From contig CAVTPJ010000002.1 in assembly GCA_963736645.1 (NCBI GenBank), positions 2,879 to 66,878 of the forward strand: a stretch of DNA of 64,000 nt, read 5' to 3'. The notes beneath the pieces are model-generated. The model was given only the letters and a program-made list of their open reading frames with translations. It ran no database searches and was not told the origin of the DNA. A program made the translations under genes and the position numbers. The stretch is from an uncultured Thermoleophilia bacterium (GTDB taxonomy: Bacteria; Actinomycetota; Thermoleophilia; UBA2241). This document shows, piece after piece, positions 45,178 to 55,110 of this stretch. How positions within the stretch are numbered: the stretch's first letter is position 1; every line of letters starts with the position of its first letter.

Positions 45178-46341
45178 CTACAGCCGTACCCGCTCCTCGA
45201 TGCGCCGCACGGCTTCTTCGAGGCGCTCGTCCGGCACCGTGAGCGAGAGGCGGACGTAGCCTTCGCCGGAGGGGCCGTAGGCGGCTCCCGGCGTCACGAC
45301 GACGTCCGCCTGGTCCAGCACCTGCTGCGTGAAGCTCGCCGACGTGTACCCCTCGGGGACGCGCACCCAAAGGTAGATCGTCCCCTTCGGCGGGTCGGCC
45401 GGGATGCCCACGGAGCGCAGAGCCTCCACGAGCAGGTCGCGCCGCCGTCCGTACACGCGGCACATGTCCCGCACGCAATCCTGCGGGCCGCTGAGCGCCG
45501 CAGCCGCCGCCCGCTGAACGGCGCCGAACATGCCCGAGTCGAGATTCGTCTTGAGACGCCAGTACGCGTCCACGACCTCCCTGTCGCCGACGACGGCGCC
45601 CGCACGCCAGCCGGTCATGTTGTAGCTCTTGGAGAGGCTGAGCATCTCAACGCCGACCTCGGTGGCGCCGGGCGTCGCCAGGAAACTCGGCGCCACATAG
45701 CCGTCGTAGGTGATGTCGGCGTACGCATTGTCGTGGACCACGACGATGTCGTTGGCCCTCGCGAAGTCCACCAGGCGCGCGAAGAAGTCGTCCTCGACCA
45801 CGGCCCCCGTGGGGTTGTTCGGATAGCTCACGAAGATCATCTTCGCCCGCGCGCAGGTCGCCGCGGGGATCGCCTCGAGGTCAGGCTGGAAGCCGAGCTC
45901 CGGCACGAGGGGGAGATGGACGGCGCAGCCGTCCGCCAGCGCCGGACCGGTGACGTACACCGGGTACCCGGGATCCGCGGCCAGGGCCAGATCGCCCGGG
46001 TCGAGCAGCACCTGGCAGATGTGGGCGATGCCCTCCTTGGCGCCGAGCAGAGGCACGATCTGGTCGGCCGGGTCGAGCGCGACGCCGAAGCGCGTCGCGT
46101 AGAACCCGGCCACCGCCTCTCGGAAGCCCTGCTCACCCCGGTTGCTGGGATACTGGTGGGTCGACGGGTCGGCGGCGCCGTCCGCGAGCGCCGCGACGAT
46201 ATGCGAGGGCGTCGGCAGGTCGGGATCGCCTATCCCCAGGCTGATGACGTCGATGCCGGCGGCCTTGCGCTCGGCGATCTGGCTCTCGATGGCGGCGAAG
46301 AGGTACGGCGGCAGCGTGCGCACGCGCTCTGCGATCCTCAT
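45178..46341 (-). CDS. dapL: Class I/II aminotransferase, LL-diaminopimelate aminotransferase-like (adjacent to dapF)
   Basis: LPPYLFAAIE...ISLGIGDPDLPTP...YPNNPTGAV...SLSKSYNMTGWRAG (PLP Lys motif). Function inferred from family resemblance plus dapF/dapA context. Confidence 0.75.
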   Translation of the reverse strand: MRIAERVRTLPPYLFAAIESQIAERKAAGIDVISLGIGDPDLPTPSHIVAALADGAADPSTHQYPSNRGEQGFREAVAGFYATRFGVALDPADQIVPLLGAKEGIAHICQVLLDPGDLALAADPGYPVYVTGPALADGCAVHLPLVPELGFQPDLEAIPAATCARAKMIFVSYPNNPTGAVVEDDFFARLVDFARANDIVVVHDNAYADITYDGYVAPSFLATPGATEVGVEMLSLSKSYNMTGWRAGAVVGDREVVDAYWRLKTNLDSGMFGAVQRAAAAALSGPQDCVRDMCRVYGRRRDLLVEALRSVGIPADPPKGTIYLWVRVPEGYTSASFTQQVLDQADVVVTPGAAYGPSGEGYVRLSLTVPDERLEEAVRRIEERVRL

Positions 46342-46377
46342 GATCCTCCGAAGGTGCGGGTCGAGACGGCTGCTGCC

Positions 46378-47247
46378 CTACTCCAGGTGGGCCAGGAACT
46401 CGAGCGACAGGTCCCCGTGGTAGATCTCCTCGGCCGGCCCCGTCATGAACACGCGCCAGTCCGGCCGGACGTCGACGACGAGCCGGCCGCCCGGCAGCTC
46501 AACGGCCACCGGGCTGGTGCACTGGCCGGTGCGCACCAGCGCGACGGCGGTGGCAGTGGCGCCGGTGCCGCAGGCGCGCGTCTCCCCCACGCCCCGCTCC
46601 CAGACGCGCACCTTGGCCTCGTGCGGTCCGAGGACCTTGACGAACTCCACGTTGGCCTTGCGGGGGAAGTACTTGTGCTCCTCGATCACGGGCCCGATCT
46701 CGTGCAGCGGCACCAGCTCCAGCGGCCACGGGGACTGGATGACGGCGTGCGGATTGCCGACGTCGACGAAGGTGAACGTGAAGCTCCGTCCCGCGGCGTT
46801 GAGGGACTCCTCCACGCACTCGCCCTCGAACCCCAGGAGCTTCTCGCCCCCGAAGCGCGCGATGCCCATGTCGACCGTGACTTCGTAGCCGTCGCCCAGC
46901 TTCGGGACGATCTCCCCGGCACCGGTGTCCAGGACGACCGTGTCGCCGCTGATCGAGCCTTCCATCCTGAGCTTGCGCGCGACCATGCGCACGCCGTTGC
47001 CACACATCTCGGCTTCGCTGCCGTCGGGGTTGAAGATGCGCAGCGGAAACCGCGCCTCCGCGGTCGGTGCGCCGATCAGGAGGATGCCGTCCGAGCCGAT
47101 GCCCAGGTTGCGGTCGCAGAGCAGTCGCACGCGCTCGGGCGTGAGCTCGAACGGGAGTTGCTCCTCGTGCAGGACGATGTAGTTGTTGCCGAGACCCTGC
47201 CACTTGGAGAACTGGACCTTGCCGAGACCCTGCCACTGAGGCTGCAC
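46378..47247 (-). CDS. dapF: Diaminopimelate epimerase
   Basis: FSKWQGLGNNYIV...IGSDGILL...FNPDGSEAEMCGNGVR...ETRACGTGATA (both catalytic Cys motifs). GTG start at 47247. Confidence 0.9.
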   Translation of the reverse strand: MQPQWQGLGKVQFSKWQGLGNNYIVLHEEQLPFELTPERVRLLCDRNLGIGSDGILLIGAPTAEARFPLRIFNPDGSEAEMCGNGVRMVARKLRMEGSISGDTVVLDTGAGEIVPKLGDGYEVTVDMGIARFGGEKLLGFEGECVEESLNAAGRSFTFTFVDVGNPHAVIQSPWPLELVPLHEIGPVIEEHKYFPRKANVEFVKVLGPHEAKVRVWERGVGETRACGTGATATAVALVRTGQCTSPVAVELPGGRLVVDVRPDWRVFMTGPAEEIYHGDLSLEFLAHLE

Positions 47248-47306
47248 CAGTCATGACCCCCTGCGAGCGGAAGCGCGCGCGGTCGCGCGGCGCCGGAAGC
47301 CGAATC

Positions 47307-48239
47307 CTACCACGAGCCACCAGCGAGGAGGCGGTGGACGTCGGCCGCGACGGCGGCGGAGGGCCGTCCGGCGACGGGCACCGCAGCCGCCTCGGGCAGC
47401 TTGCGCATCCAGGTGAGCTGGCGACGCGCGAGGGCGCGCGTGCGCGCCTTCATGCGCGTCGTGGCTTCGTCGAGCGCGAGCTCGCCGTCGAGCACGGCGC
47501 AGAGCTCGCGCACGCCGATGGCCTGCGCCGCGGTGCGCGAGAACGGCCCGGGGGCGCGCGCCGCGGCGATCTCTTCGAGCGCGCCGGCGGCGATCATGTC
47601 GTCGACGCGCCGGTCGATGCGCTCCTTGAGCGCGGTGCGGTCGTCGTCGGGGACCAGGGCGAAGAGCCGGTGCGAGTACCGCTCGGGGGGCTCCCAGAGC
47701 GCGTCCTGCCTCGGTCCGGCTCCGCCCTCGTCGAGCGATTCGAGCGCGCGGATCACGCGGCGCGCATTGCGCGCGTCCACGCGCGCCGCGACGTCTGGAG
47801 CCCGCCGCTCCAGCTCTGCCACGAGGTCGCCGGGATCGCGCAGCCAGCGCGCCTCCAGGGCGCGCCGCCGGGCCTCGTCGGGCGCGCCGCCGAACGAGAG
47901 GTCGCCGAGCACGGCGCGCAGGTACAGCCCGGAGCCTCCCTCGACGATCACCGGCCGTCCGGCCCCGAGCAGCCGGTCCAGGACTTCGTGCGCGACGGCG
48001 GCGTACTCGGCGACGCTGCACTCCTCCTGAGGCGACCTCCACCCCACGAGGTGATGGGCTGCGCGGCTGCGCGCGCCGGCGTCCGGCTGGTTGGTGACGA
48101 TCGGCAACCCGGCGTACACCTGCATCGAGTCGGCGACGACGATGTCGGCGTGGAGGATCCCGGCCAACTCCAGCGCCACATCGCTCTTGCCGAGGGCGGT
48201 GGCGCCGTAGAGGGCGACCACCGGAGGCAGGTCAGGCAT
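47307..48239 (-). CDS. miaA: tRNA dimethylallyltransferase
   Basis: VVALYGATALGKSDVALELA...IVVADSMQVYAGLPIVTNQP...VIVEGGSGLYLRA...RQLTWMRK. The ATG at 48239 overlaps the upstream stop. Confidence 0.9.
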   Translation of the reverse strand: MPDLPPVVALYGATALGKSDVALELAGILHADIVVADSMQVYAGLPIVTNQPDAGARSRAAHHLVGWRSPQEECSVAEYAAVAHEVLDRLLGAGRPVIVEGGSGLYLRAVLGDLSFGGAPDEARRRALEARWLRDPGDLVAELERRAPDVAARVDARNARRVIRALESLDEGGAGPRQDALWEPPERYSHRLFALVPDDDRTALKERIDRRVDDMIAAGALEEIAAARAPGPFSRTAAQAIGVRELCAVLDGELALDEATTRMKARTRALARRQLTWMRKLPEAAAVPVAGRPSAAVAADVHRLLAGGSW

Positions 48240-48738
48240 CCGCCTCGTCGTCCAGCGCGCCGGGCTCGGACCCGAGATCGTCGCCCAGCCGATATCGCGT
48301 GACCGTGAAGCGCCGTACATCGAACGGCTCGTCGGCGGCGATGCCGGCCTTCTGAAGGGCGATGCCGACCTGTACCGCCACCGTGTCCACGCCGGCGAGG
48401 GCCGGCAGCAACACGCCGCGGCGACCGCCGGCCTGCACGATGACGCCGTAGCGGTCGGGGTCGAGATCGGCGAGCTCGCACGACTCGCTCTCGCCGAGGA
48501 CGTCCACGGAACACGTGAGCGCCTCGCACTCGTCGGCGGTCACGCGTGGGAAGCGCGGGTCGTGCATGGCGGAGGAGCGGGCATTGCGCACGATCTCGTC
48601 CCCCAACGACTCCTCGGCGGGCTCGAGCGTGCCGATGCAGCCGCGGAGCTCGCCGTGCTTCTTGAGTGTGACGAAGCACGCCGCGGGCTGCCGGTACAGC
48701 GGTTCTTCGGGCGGCGCGGGCGCCGGCCGGCCGGTCAC
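48232..48738 (-). CDS. AMMECR1-domain protein
   Basis: AACFVTLKKHGELRGCIGTLEP...DPRFPRV...GVIVQAGGRRGVLLP. Confidence 0.85.
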   Translation of the reverse strand: MTGRPAPAPPEEPLYRQPAACFVTLKKHGELRGCIGTLEPAEESLGDEIVRNARSSAMHDPRFPRVTADECEALTCSVDVLGESESCELADLDPDRYGVIVQAGGRRGVLLPALAGVDTVAVQVGIALQKAGIAADEPFDVRRFTVTRYRLGDDLGSEPGALDDEADA

Positions 48739-48801
48739 GTGACAGCGGACGCACGCGAGCGCGAAGTCCGCCGGTCCCGGCGCCGCGCCCGGTCTGGTCG
48801 C

Positions 48802-49596
48802 TCATCCCACCGCGCTCTGGGCGCCGCCCCGCGGACCGAACCGCGCGACCAGATAGCCGACGCCGTAGGGACCTTCGTAGCTGAGGATCTCCGGATCGAC
48901 GGTGGCGTCGTCGCCCAGGAAGCCGCCGAGCGCGACGAAGCTGCGCAGGCCGCACTCCGCGGCGCCGTCGAGCAGGATCGGCTCGATGCGCGTGAGGCCG
49001 GCGAAGTCACCGACGCCGAGCAGGCTGATGACCTCGTCGTCGAAGAGCTTGCCGCGCGGGTCGTACGGCGCCGGAGCGCCGTGGATCAGGGCATGGGACA
49101 GATCGCCGGAGGCGAGGAACAGGGTGTCGCGCCCGAGCTCCTCGGCGCAGCGCCGCACCAGCTGCCCGAGCGTCCTGTGCTCGGCGTACGGCCCCACCAC
49201 GGAGAGGCTCACGATGCGGTCGGGGCGGAGAAAGCTGAGCGGGACGAGGACGCCCCAGTCCAGCACATCGCCGTCGTCCGGTACCATGCTGATCTTGCGA
49301 TAGTCCCCGGCCAGGGCGAGCAGGAGCTCGGTGAACTGCACGTCGTTGTCGTAGCTGAAGGCGGCCTCGGGGCAGCGGAAGCGGCCGAAGTCGCCGCGCA
49401 GGCGCGCCGGCGTCTTGACGGCGTGGGCTCTGCCGAAGTCGTCGGCGTGAGGCGAGATGACGACGATCGTCTCGGGCTCGCCGACGGACTCGGCGAGCTT
49501 CTCCATCGCCGCGACCGTGGCGGCGATCTTGCCGCGCGCTGCGCCGCCTACCTCGGGGATGAGCAGCGGAGGATGGGGGCAGATGCAGCCTTGCAT
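48802..49596 (-). CDS. Class III extradiol-dioxygenase subunit-B-like (LigB/Memo superfamily) protein
   Basis: MQGCICPHPPLLIPEVGG...IVVISPHAD...FLASGDLSHAL are the His-containing motifs typical of this fold. Family assignment is by eye only. Confidence 0.65.
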   Translation of the reverse strand: MQGCICPHPPLLIPEVGGAARGKIAATVAAMEKLAESVGEPETIVVISPHADDFGRAHAVKTPARLRGDFGRFRCPEAAFSYDNDVQFTELLLALAGDYRKISMVPDDGDVLDWGVLVPLSFLRPDRIVSLSVVGPYAEHRTLGQLVRRCAEELGRDTLFLASGDLSHALIHGAPAPYDPRGKLFDDEVISLLGVGDFAGLTRIEPILLDGAAECGLRSFVALGGFLGDDATVDPEILSYEGPYGVGYLVARFGPRGGAQSAVG

Positions 49597-49619
49597 GACG
49601 GCACCTCCTGGTCGCCGGC

Positions 49620-50942
49620 TCAGACCGTACCGCGCAGCGTGGTGGAGGTCGCTGCGGTGATCTCCACCGCCACTATAGCACCCGGCTCCGGCGTCCCTGC
49701 GACGTTGACCGTGACGTTCTGCCGGGTGCGTCCCCGGGACAGCCGTCCGTCGCGGCTCTCCCCCTCCACGAGCACCTCGGCCCGGCGGCCGATCCAGGCT
49801 CTGCGGGACTCGAGCGCCTGCCGCTGCGTCAGCTCGATCAGGCGCTCCACGCGCTCGCGCCGCACGTCTGCGGGCACCTGGTCCGGCAGCTCCGCGGCGG
49901 CCGTGCCCGCGCGCGGGGAGAAGACGAAGGTGAAGGCCGCGTCGAAGGCCGCCTCACGTACCAGGTCGAGCGTGGCGGCGAAGTCCTCGTCGGTCTCGCC
50001 CGGGAATCCCGCGATCAGGTCGGTCGTGATGCTGACGTCCGGCACGGCGTCGCGCAGGGCGCGTACGCGCTCGAGGTACTCCGCCGCGGTGTAGCCGCGC
50101 CGCATCGCCGCGAGCACGCTGTCCGAGCCCGCCTGCGCCGGCAGGTGGACGTGCTCGCACACCGTGGGCAACTCCGCCACCGCCGCCACGAGATCGTCGC
50201 CGAGGTCCCTGGGGTGCGACGTCATGAAGCGGATGCGCGCGATCCCCTCCACGGCGTCGAGCCGGGCGAGAAGCCCGGCGAAGCCCGGCGCCCCGGCCTC
50301 TCCCCCGCGCCGCAGGTCGAGACCGTAGGCATTGACGTTCTGGCCGAGCAGCGTGATCTCACGAACACCGGTGGCGACCAGGCCCTCCACCTCGGCCACG
50401 ACGTGGGCGAGCGGGCGGCTGCGCTCGGGCCCTCGCACGTACGGCACGATGCAGTAGGAGCAGAAGTTGGTGCACCCGCTCATCACCTGGACCCACGCCT
50501 GGTACGGGCGCTCCCGCAGTGCCGTCAGATCGCCGCTGAAGCGCTCGCCGTCGTCGAAGTAGCCGGCGGGCGCCCGGCGACCCGCCTCCACCGCCGCGGC
50601 CAGCAGCTCGGGCAGGCGGTGCAGGTTCTGCGGCCCCAGCGCGCCGTCGACGAAGGGGAAGCGCGCGAAGAAGCCGGCCTGCTCGGCCTGTGGCAGGCAG
50701 CCCGTGACGAGCACGACGCGCTCAGGATCGTCGCGCTTGAGCCTCGCCGCGGTGCCGAGATGACCGGCGAGGCGGTCGTCGGCGCTCTTGCGGACCGTGC
50801 ACGTGTTGTAGACGAGCACGTCCGCGTCGTGGGGCTCGTCCGCGCGCTCCAGGCCCTCGGCCTCGAGGAGCGCGCGGATACGCTCGGCGTCGTGCTCGTT
50901 CATCTGGCAGCCGAACGAGCGGAGGTAGTACCGTGCCGGCAT
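49620..50942 (-). CDS. miaB: tRNA-2-methylthio-N6-dimethylallyladenosine synthase
   Basis: YYLRSFGCQMNEHDAE...VYNTCTVRKSA...VTGCL (UPF0004 Cys triad). MSGCTNFCSYCIVPYVRG (radical-SAM CxxxCxxC). TRAM-like C-terminus. Confidence 0.92.
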   Translation of the reverse strand: MPARYYLRSFGCQMNEHDAERIRALLEAEGLERADEPHDADVLVYNTCTVRKSADDRLAGHLGTAARLKRDDPERVVLVTGCLPQAEQAGFFARFPFVDGALGPQNLHRLPELLAAAVEAGRRAPAGYFDDGERFSGDLTALRERPYQAWVQVMSGCTNFCSYCIVPYVRGPERSRPLAHVVAEVEGLVATGVREITLLGQNVNAYGLDLRRGGEAGAPGFAGLLARLDAVEGIARIRFMTSHPRDLGDDLVAAVAELPTVCEHVHLPAQAGSDSVLAAMRRGYTAAEYLERVRALRDAVPDVSITTDLIAGFPGETDEDFAATLDLVREAAFDAAFTFVFSPRAGTAAAELPDQVPADVRRERVERLIELTQRQALESRRAWIGRRAEVLVEGESRDGRLSRGRTRQNVTVNVAGTPEPGAIVAVEITAATSTTLRGTV

Positions 50943-50983
50943 GCCGATCACCCCCAGGTCTCGCGGCCGCGGCGCGCCGGGCG

Positions 50984-52516
50984 CTACTTGGCGATGTCGA
51001 CGGCGCGGCTCTCGCGGATGACGGTCACGCGGATCTGGCCCGGATAGTCGAGCTGGCCCTCGATGTCGCGGGCGATCTCGTGCGCCAGCAGTGCGGTGGC
51101 GTCGTCGTCGATCTCCCCGGGTCTGACCATGACGCGCACCTCTCGCCCGGCCTGCATCGCGAAGCACTTCTCGACGCCCTTCTTGCTCTCCGCGATCTGC
51201 TCGAGGGACTCGAGGCGCTTGATGTAGTTCTCGAGCGACTCGCGACGCGCCCCCGGCCGGGCGGCGCTGATGGCGTCGGCGGCCTGGACGAGCACGGCCT
51301 CGACGGTCTGGGGCTCGACGTCCTGGTGATGCGCCTGGATGGCGTGGCACACGCTCTGCGACTCCCGGTACTTCTTGCAGAGCTGCTGCGAGATGTCCGC
51401 ATGTGAGCCGTCGACCTCGTGGTCGACCGCCTTGCCGATGTCGTGCAGAAGCCCGGCACGCTTGGCGATCTTCACGTTGGCGCCGAGCTCCGCGGCCATG
51501 ACACCCGCGAGGTGGGCGACCTCGATGGAGTGGTTGAGCACGTTCTGGCCGTAGCTGGTGCGGTACTTGAGGCGCCCGAGGACCTTGACGAGCTCGGGCG
51601 CCACCCCGTGCACGTTGGTGTCGAAGCACGCCTGCTCCCCAGCCTCCTCCATCGCCGCCTCGACCTCCGCCTTGGCGGCCGTGTACGTCTCCTCGATGCG
51701 CGCCGGGTGGATGCGCCCGTCGGTGATGAGCTTGGTCAGCGTCAGACGCGCGGTCTCACGGCGGACGCCGTCGAAGCCAGAGAGCACCACGGCCTCCGGG
51801 GTGTCGTCGATGATGAAATCGATCCCGGTGACGTTCTCGAGGGTGCGGATGTTGCGGCCCTCACGCCCGATGATGCGGCCCTTCATGTCGTCGGAGGGCA
51901 GGTTGACGACCGAGACGGTGGTCTCGGCGACGTGGTTGGCGGCAGTGCGCTGGATGCTGAGCGAGAGGATGTTGCGGGCGCGCCGATCGGCCTCCCTGCG
52001 CGCCTCCTCCTCGATCTGACGGACGAGCTTGGCCATCTCGTGGCGCGCCTCGTCCTCCGTCTGCTTCAGCAGCATCTCCTTGGCCTGGGCGGCGCTGAGA
52101 CCGGAGATGCGCTCGAGCTGGATCATGGCCTCCGCGTGCGTGTTCTGCAGTTCGTCGGAGATGCGCTGGCTGTTGGCGTCCCTGTCGCGGATCGACTGCT
52201 CGCGCCGATCCTGCTCGGCCGCCCGTGCGTCGATCGCCTCTTCGCGCTGCAGCATGCGCTGCTCCGCCTTGCCGAGCTCCTCGCGGCGGTCACGCAGCTC
52301 GGCCTCGACCTCACTGCGGACGCGATGCACTTCTTCCTTGGCCTCGAGACGGGCCTCTTTGACGATGGTCTCCGCCTCGCGGCGCGAGTCCTTCAGCACC
52401 TTTTCGGCCTCGCGCTCGGCCCCTGCGAGCTTGCCGGAGGCGAGGTTGCGGCGGACGAAGTAGCCCACCACGATCCCGACCGCCAGTCCGGCGACGACAT
52501 ACACCGCAATCATCAT
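50984..52516 (-). CDS. rny: Ribonuclease Y
   Basis: N-terminal TM span ([19 protein letters not shown]), coiled coil, KH domain ([15 protein letters not shown]) and HD domain ([10 protein letters not shown]...LLHDIGKA). Confidence 0.92.
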   Translation of the reverse strand: MMIAVYVVAGLAVGIVVGYFVRRNLASGKLAGAEREAEKVLKDSRREAETIVKEARLEAKEEVHRVRSEVEAELRDRREELGKAEQRMLQREEAIDARAAEQDRREQSIRDRDANSQRISDELQNTHAEAMIQLERISGLSAAQAKEMLLKQTEDEARHEMAKLVRQIEEEARREADRRARNILSLSIQRTAANHVAETTVSVVNLPSDDMKGRIIGREGRNIRTLENVTGIDFIIDDTPEAVVLSGFDGVRRETARLTLTKLITDGRIHPARIEETYTAAKAEVEAAMEEAGEQACFDTNVHGVAPELVKVLGRLKYRTSYGQNVLNHSIEVAHLAGVMAAELGANVKIAKRAGLLHDIGKAVDHEVDGSHADISQQLCKKYRESQSVCHAIQAHHQDVEPQTVEAVLVQAADAISAARPGARRESLENYIKRLESLEQIAESKKGVEKCFAMQAGREVRVMVRPGEIDDDATALLAHEIARDIEGQLDYPGQIRVTVIRESRAVDIAK

Positions 52517-52815
52517 TCTCTCTGTCCCTTCACAGGTCGCGCGGCACAACAAAGGCCGGACGACAACGCGCCCGGCCTGTGCCACGCTCGCACATGCAAA
52601 CGACACGACGACTGCAGCTGTGACTACGCCCAGGGGTCAGGACGACCGTAGGTTCGCACTACCTCCCGATGTTCTCGTCGTGGACCCCTGGTTGATCGGT
52701 TCAGCCCATCGGCGCCTTGGCGCCGTCTGTATCGCTATGCAAGAGCGAGAGTGGAATACACAAAGCACGCACACACGTCGCGCACCACGATAGTACGCGA
52801 CGGCGGCGCGCGCCG

Positions 52816-53454
52816 TCAATTCACCCCCGGGGTCTCGCCGTCGGCCCAACGCCGCACGGCCGCGTAGGCGACCGACGAGGAGAACCCGCGGCGCAGAAGT
52901 GCCTGATACGCACGCCTGCGCTCGGACTCCACGGGTCTGTCGGCCGCGCCCTTGCGGCGCAGGATGGCGAGGGCGCGGCCGAACTCGTCGTCCTCGCCCT
53001 CGGCGCCGGGGGCGAGGACATCGTCGATGAGCGACGTCTCGACGTCGAGCTCCCGCAGGCCGCGCCGGATGCGCTCGGCGCCCCAGCCGCCGAGCCGGCG
53101 TTTGTCGGCCACGTAGCTGCGCGCGAACTCGGCGTCGTCCAGGAAGCCGTGGTCGGCAAGCCGCTGCAGCGCGTCTTCGACCACGGACTCGTCGTGCTCC
53201 TTGTCGAGCAGCCGGCGGCGGAGCTCGCCCCTGCTCCTGGCGCGGTGACCGAGAAGCCGGTAGGCGTCGCCCATGACGCGCTCGGCGGACGTCGAGGCGC
53301 GGATCTCGGCGAGATCGGCGTCGTCGAGCTCGCGACCCTTGAACAGGCGCCAGCGAGCCACGAGCGCCTCGCTGACAGAGCAGACGTACTCACCGTCCAC
53401 GTGAAGCGCCACTCCTCCGCGCCGCGTGGCGCGGAGCGCCGTGACGACGGGCAC
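52816..53454 (-). CDS. recX: Recombination regulator RecX
   Basis: Sits immediately downstream of recA. Repeated three-helix pattern: ...ALRLLGHRARSRGELRRRLLDKE....VEDALQRLADHGFLDDAEFARSYV. Confidence 0.85.
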   Translation of the reverse strand: MPVVTALRATRRGGVALHVDGEYVCSVSEALVARWRLFKGRELDDADLAEIRASTSAERVMGDAYRLLGHRARSRGELRRRLLDKEHDESVVEDALQRLADHGFLDDAEFARSYVADKRRLGGWGAERIRRGLRELDVETSLIDDVLAPGAEGEDDEFGRALAILRRKGAADRPVESERRRAYQALLRRGFSSSVAYAAVRRWADGETPGVN

Positions 53455-53456
53455 GG

Positions 53457-54536
53457 CTACGCCTTGAGGACCTCGCCGGTGACCGGGTCGACGCCGGCGG
53501 GAACGAGGGCTTCTGCGGGGGCCGCGGCCGCCGCGTCGTCCGCTGCCGCGCCGGGCAGGCCTGCCTTGGCGCGGATCTGCACCTCGATGGCGTCGGCGAT
53601 GTCCGGGTTCTCTTTGAGAAAGACCTTGGCGTTCGCCCGACCCTGGCCGAGGCGCTCGTCGTTGTAGCTGAAGAAGGCGCCGCTCTTGGCGACCACGTCG
53701 TACAGCACCCCGAGGTCGAGCAGCGTGCCCTCGCGGGAGATGCCCTGGCCGTACATGATGTCGAACTCGGCCTGCTTGAACGGCGGCGCGACCTTGTTCT
53801 TGACCACCTTGACGCGCACGCGGTTGCCGACGGCCTCGGTGCCGTCCTTCAGCGTCTCGATGCGACGGATGTCGAGGCGGACGGTGGCGTAGAACTTGAG
53901 CGCCTTGCCGCCGGTGGTGACCTCGGGGTTGCCGAACATGACGCCGATCTTCTCGCGCAGCTGGTTGGTGAAGCAGCAGATGGTGCCGGACCGGTTGAGG
54001 GTGCCGGCGAGCTTGCGCAGAGCCTGGCTCATGAGGCGGGCCTGCAGGCCGACGAAACTGTCGCCCATCTCCCCCTCGATCTCGGCCTTGGGGGTGAGCG
54101 CGGCGACGGAATCGATGGCGACGATGTCGAGCGCCCCGCTACGAACGAGCATCTCGGCGATCTCGAGCGCCTGCTCGCCGTAGTCCGGCTGCGACACCAG
54201 GAGGTTGTCGACGTCCACGCCGATGGCCTTGGCGTAGATGGGGTCCATAGCGTGCTCGGCGTCGATGAACGCCGCCTGACCACCGAGCTTCTGCGCCTGG
54301 GCGATGAGGTGATAGACCATGGTCGTCTTGCCCGACGACTCCGGCCCGTAGATCTCGACGATGCGCCCGCGCGGGATGCCACCGACGCCGAGGGCGATGT
54401 CGAGGGCGAGCGAGCCGGTGGGCACGAACTGCATGTCGTCGCTCACGGGGTGGTCGCCCAGGCGCATGACGCTGCCTTTGCCGAACTGTCGCTCGATCTG
54501 GGTGACGGCCGCCTCGAGGGCTTTGTCCTTGTCCAA
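53457..54536 (-). CDS. recA: Recombinase RecA
   Basis: [26 protein letters not shown]...[16 protein letters not shown]...AFIDAEHA...IVIDSVAAL. The likely TTG start at 54536 follows aggagaggag, and no ATG or GTG lies nearer. Confidence 0.95.
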   Translation of the reverse strand: MDKDKALEAAVTQIERQFGKGSVMRLGDHPVSDDMQFVPTGSLALDIALGVGGIPRGRIVEIYGPESSGKTTMVYHLIAQAQKLGGQAAFIDAEHAMDPIYAKAIGVDVDNLLVSQPDYGEQALEIAEMLVRSGALDIVAIDSVAALTPKAEIEGEMGDSFVGLQARLMSQALRKLAGTLNRSGTICCFTNQLREKIGVMFGNPEVTTGGKALKFYATVRLDIRRIETLKDGTEAVGNRVRVKVVKNKVAPPFKQAEFDIMYGQGISREGTLLDLGVLYDVVAKSGAFFSYNDERLGQGRANAKVFLKENPDIADAIEVQIRAKAGLPGAAADDAAAAAPAEALVPAGVDPVTGEVLKA

Positions 54537-54555
54537 GGTAGCGCTCCTCTCCTGC

Positions 54556-55110
54556 TCAGGACGCGGGGAAATCTGCGATCGGGGCGTGCATGGCGCCTGC
54601 TCGCTCCAGGTGGCTACTATACAGGACCATCCGGACGACACCAAATGCCGGAATGTTCACGTTTTGCAGGGAAAAGGGGTGACCGGGACGGCGGAATCTG
54701 GCCACCGTCACGTGCGGCAGCCACGGGCGCTTCTCGGGCTCGTACAGGCCTGCGGCCGCGAGCCCGCCGGCCACCCGCTCCTGCAGCCGGCGCAGGGTGC
54801 CGCTCGGGTCGTCCAGCTCGAGCGCCACGACCCGGCGCTTGCCGTGCGCCGGCAGGAACAGCGGCTCCTTGAAGGTGCAGCGCGCCGGCTCCCAATCGAT
54901 CGCCTGCAACACGCGCTCGAGCTCAGGCACGCGATCTGCGGCGACGTTGCCCAGGAACGCCAGCGTGAGGTGGAGCGTGGGCGCGAGGCGGAGATCGCGG
55001 TGCGGCCGAAGCTCACGGTCCCGCCAGTCCTCGACCGCGCGCGCGACGTCGCCCGGCAGGTCGCAGGCGACGAACAGCCGCAGGAGCTCCGGCGACGCCG
55101 CGCCGCTCAC
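54556..55110 (-). CDS. thpR: RNA 2',3'-cyclic phosphodiesterase (2H family, ThpR/LigT)
   Basis: Two HxTx motifs: LHLTLAFLG and PHVTVARF. The GTG start overlaps the cinA stop (GTGA). Confidence 0.85.
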   Translation of the reverse strand: MSGAASPELLRLFVACDLPGDVARAVEDWRDRELRPHRDLRLAPTLHLTLAFLGNVAADRVPELERVLQAIDWEPARCTFKEPLFLPAHGKRRVVALELDDPSGTLRRLQERVAGGLAAAGLYEPEKRPWLPHVTVARFRRPGHPFSLQNVNIPAFGVVRMVLYSSHLERAGAMHAPIADFPAS

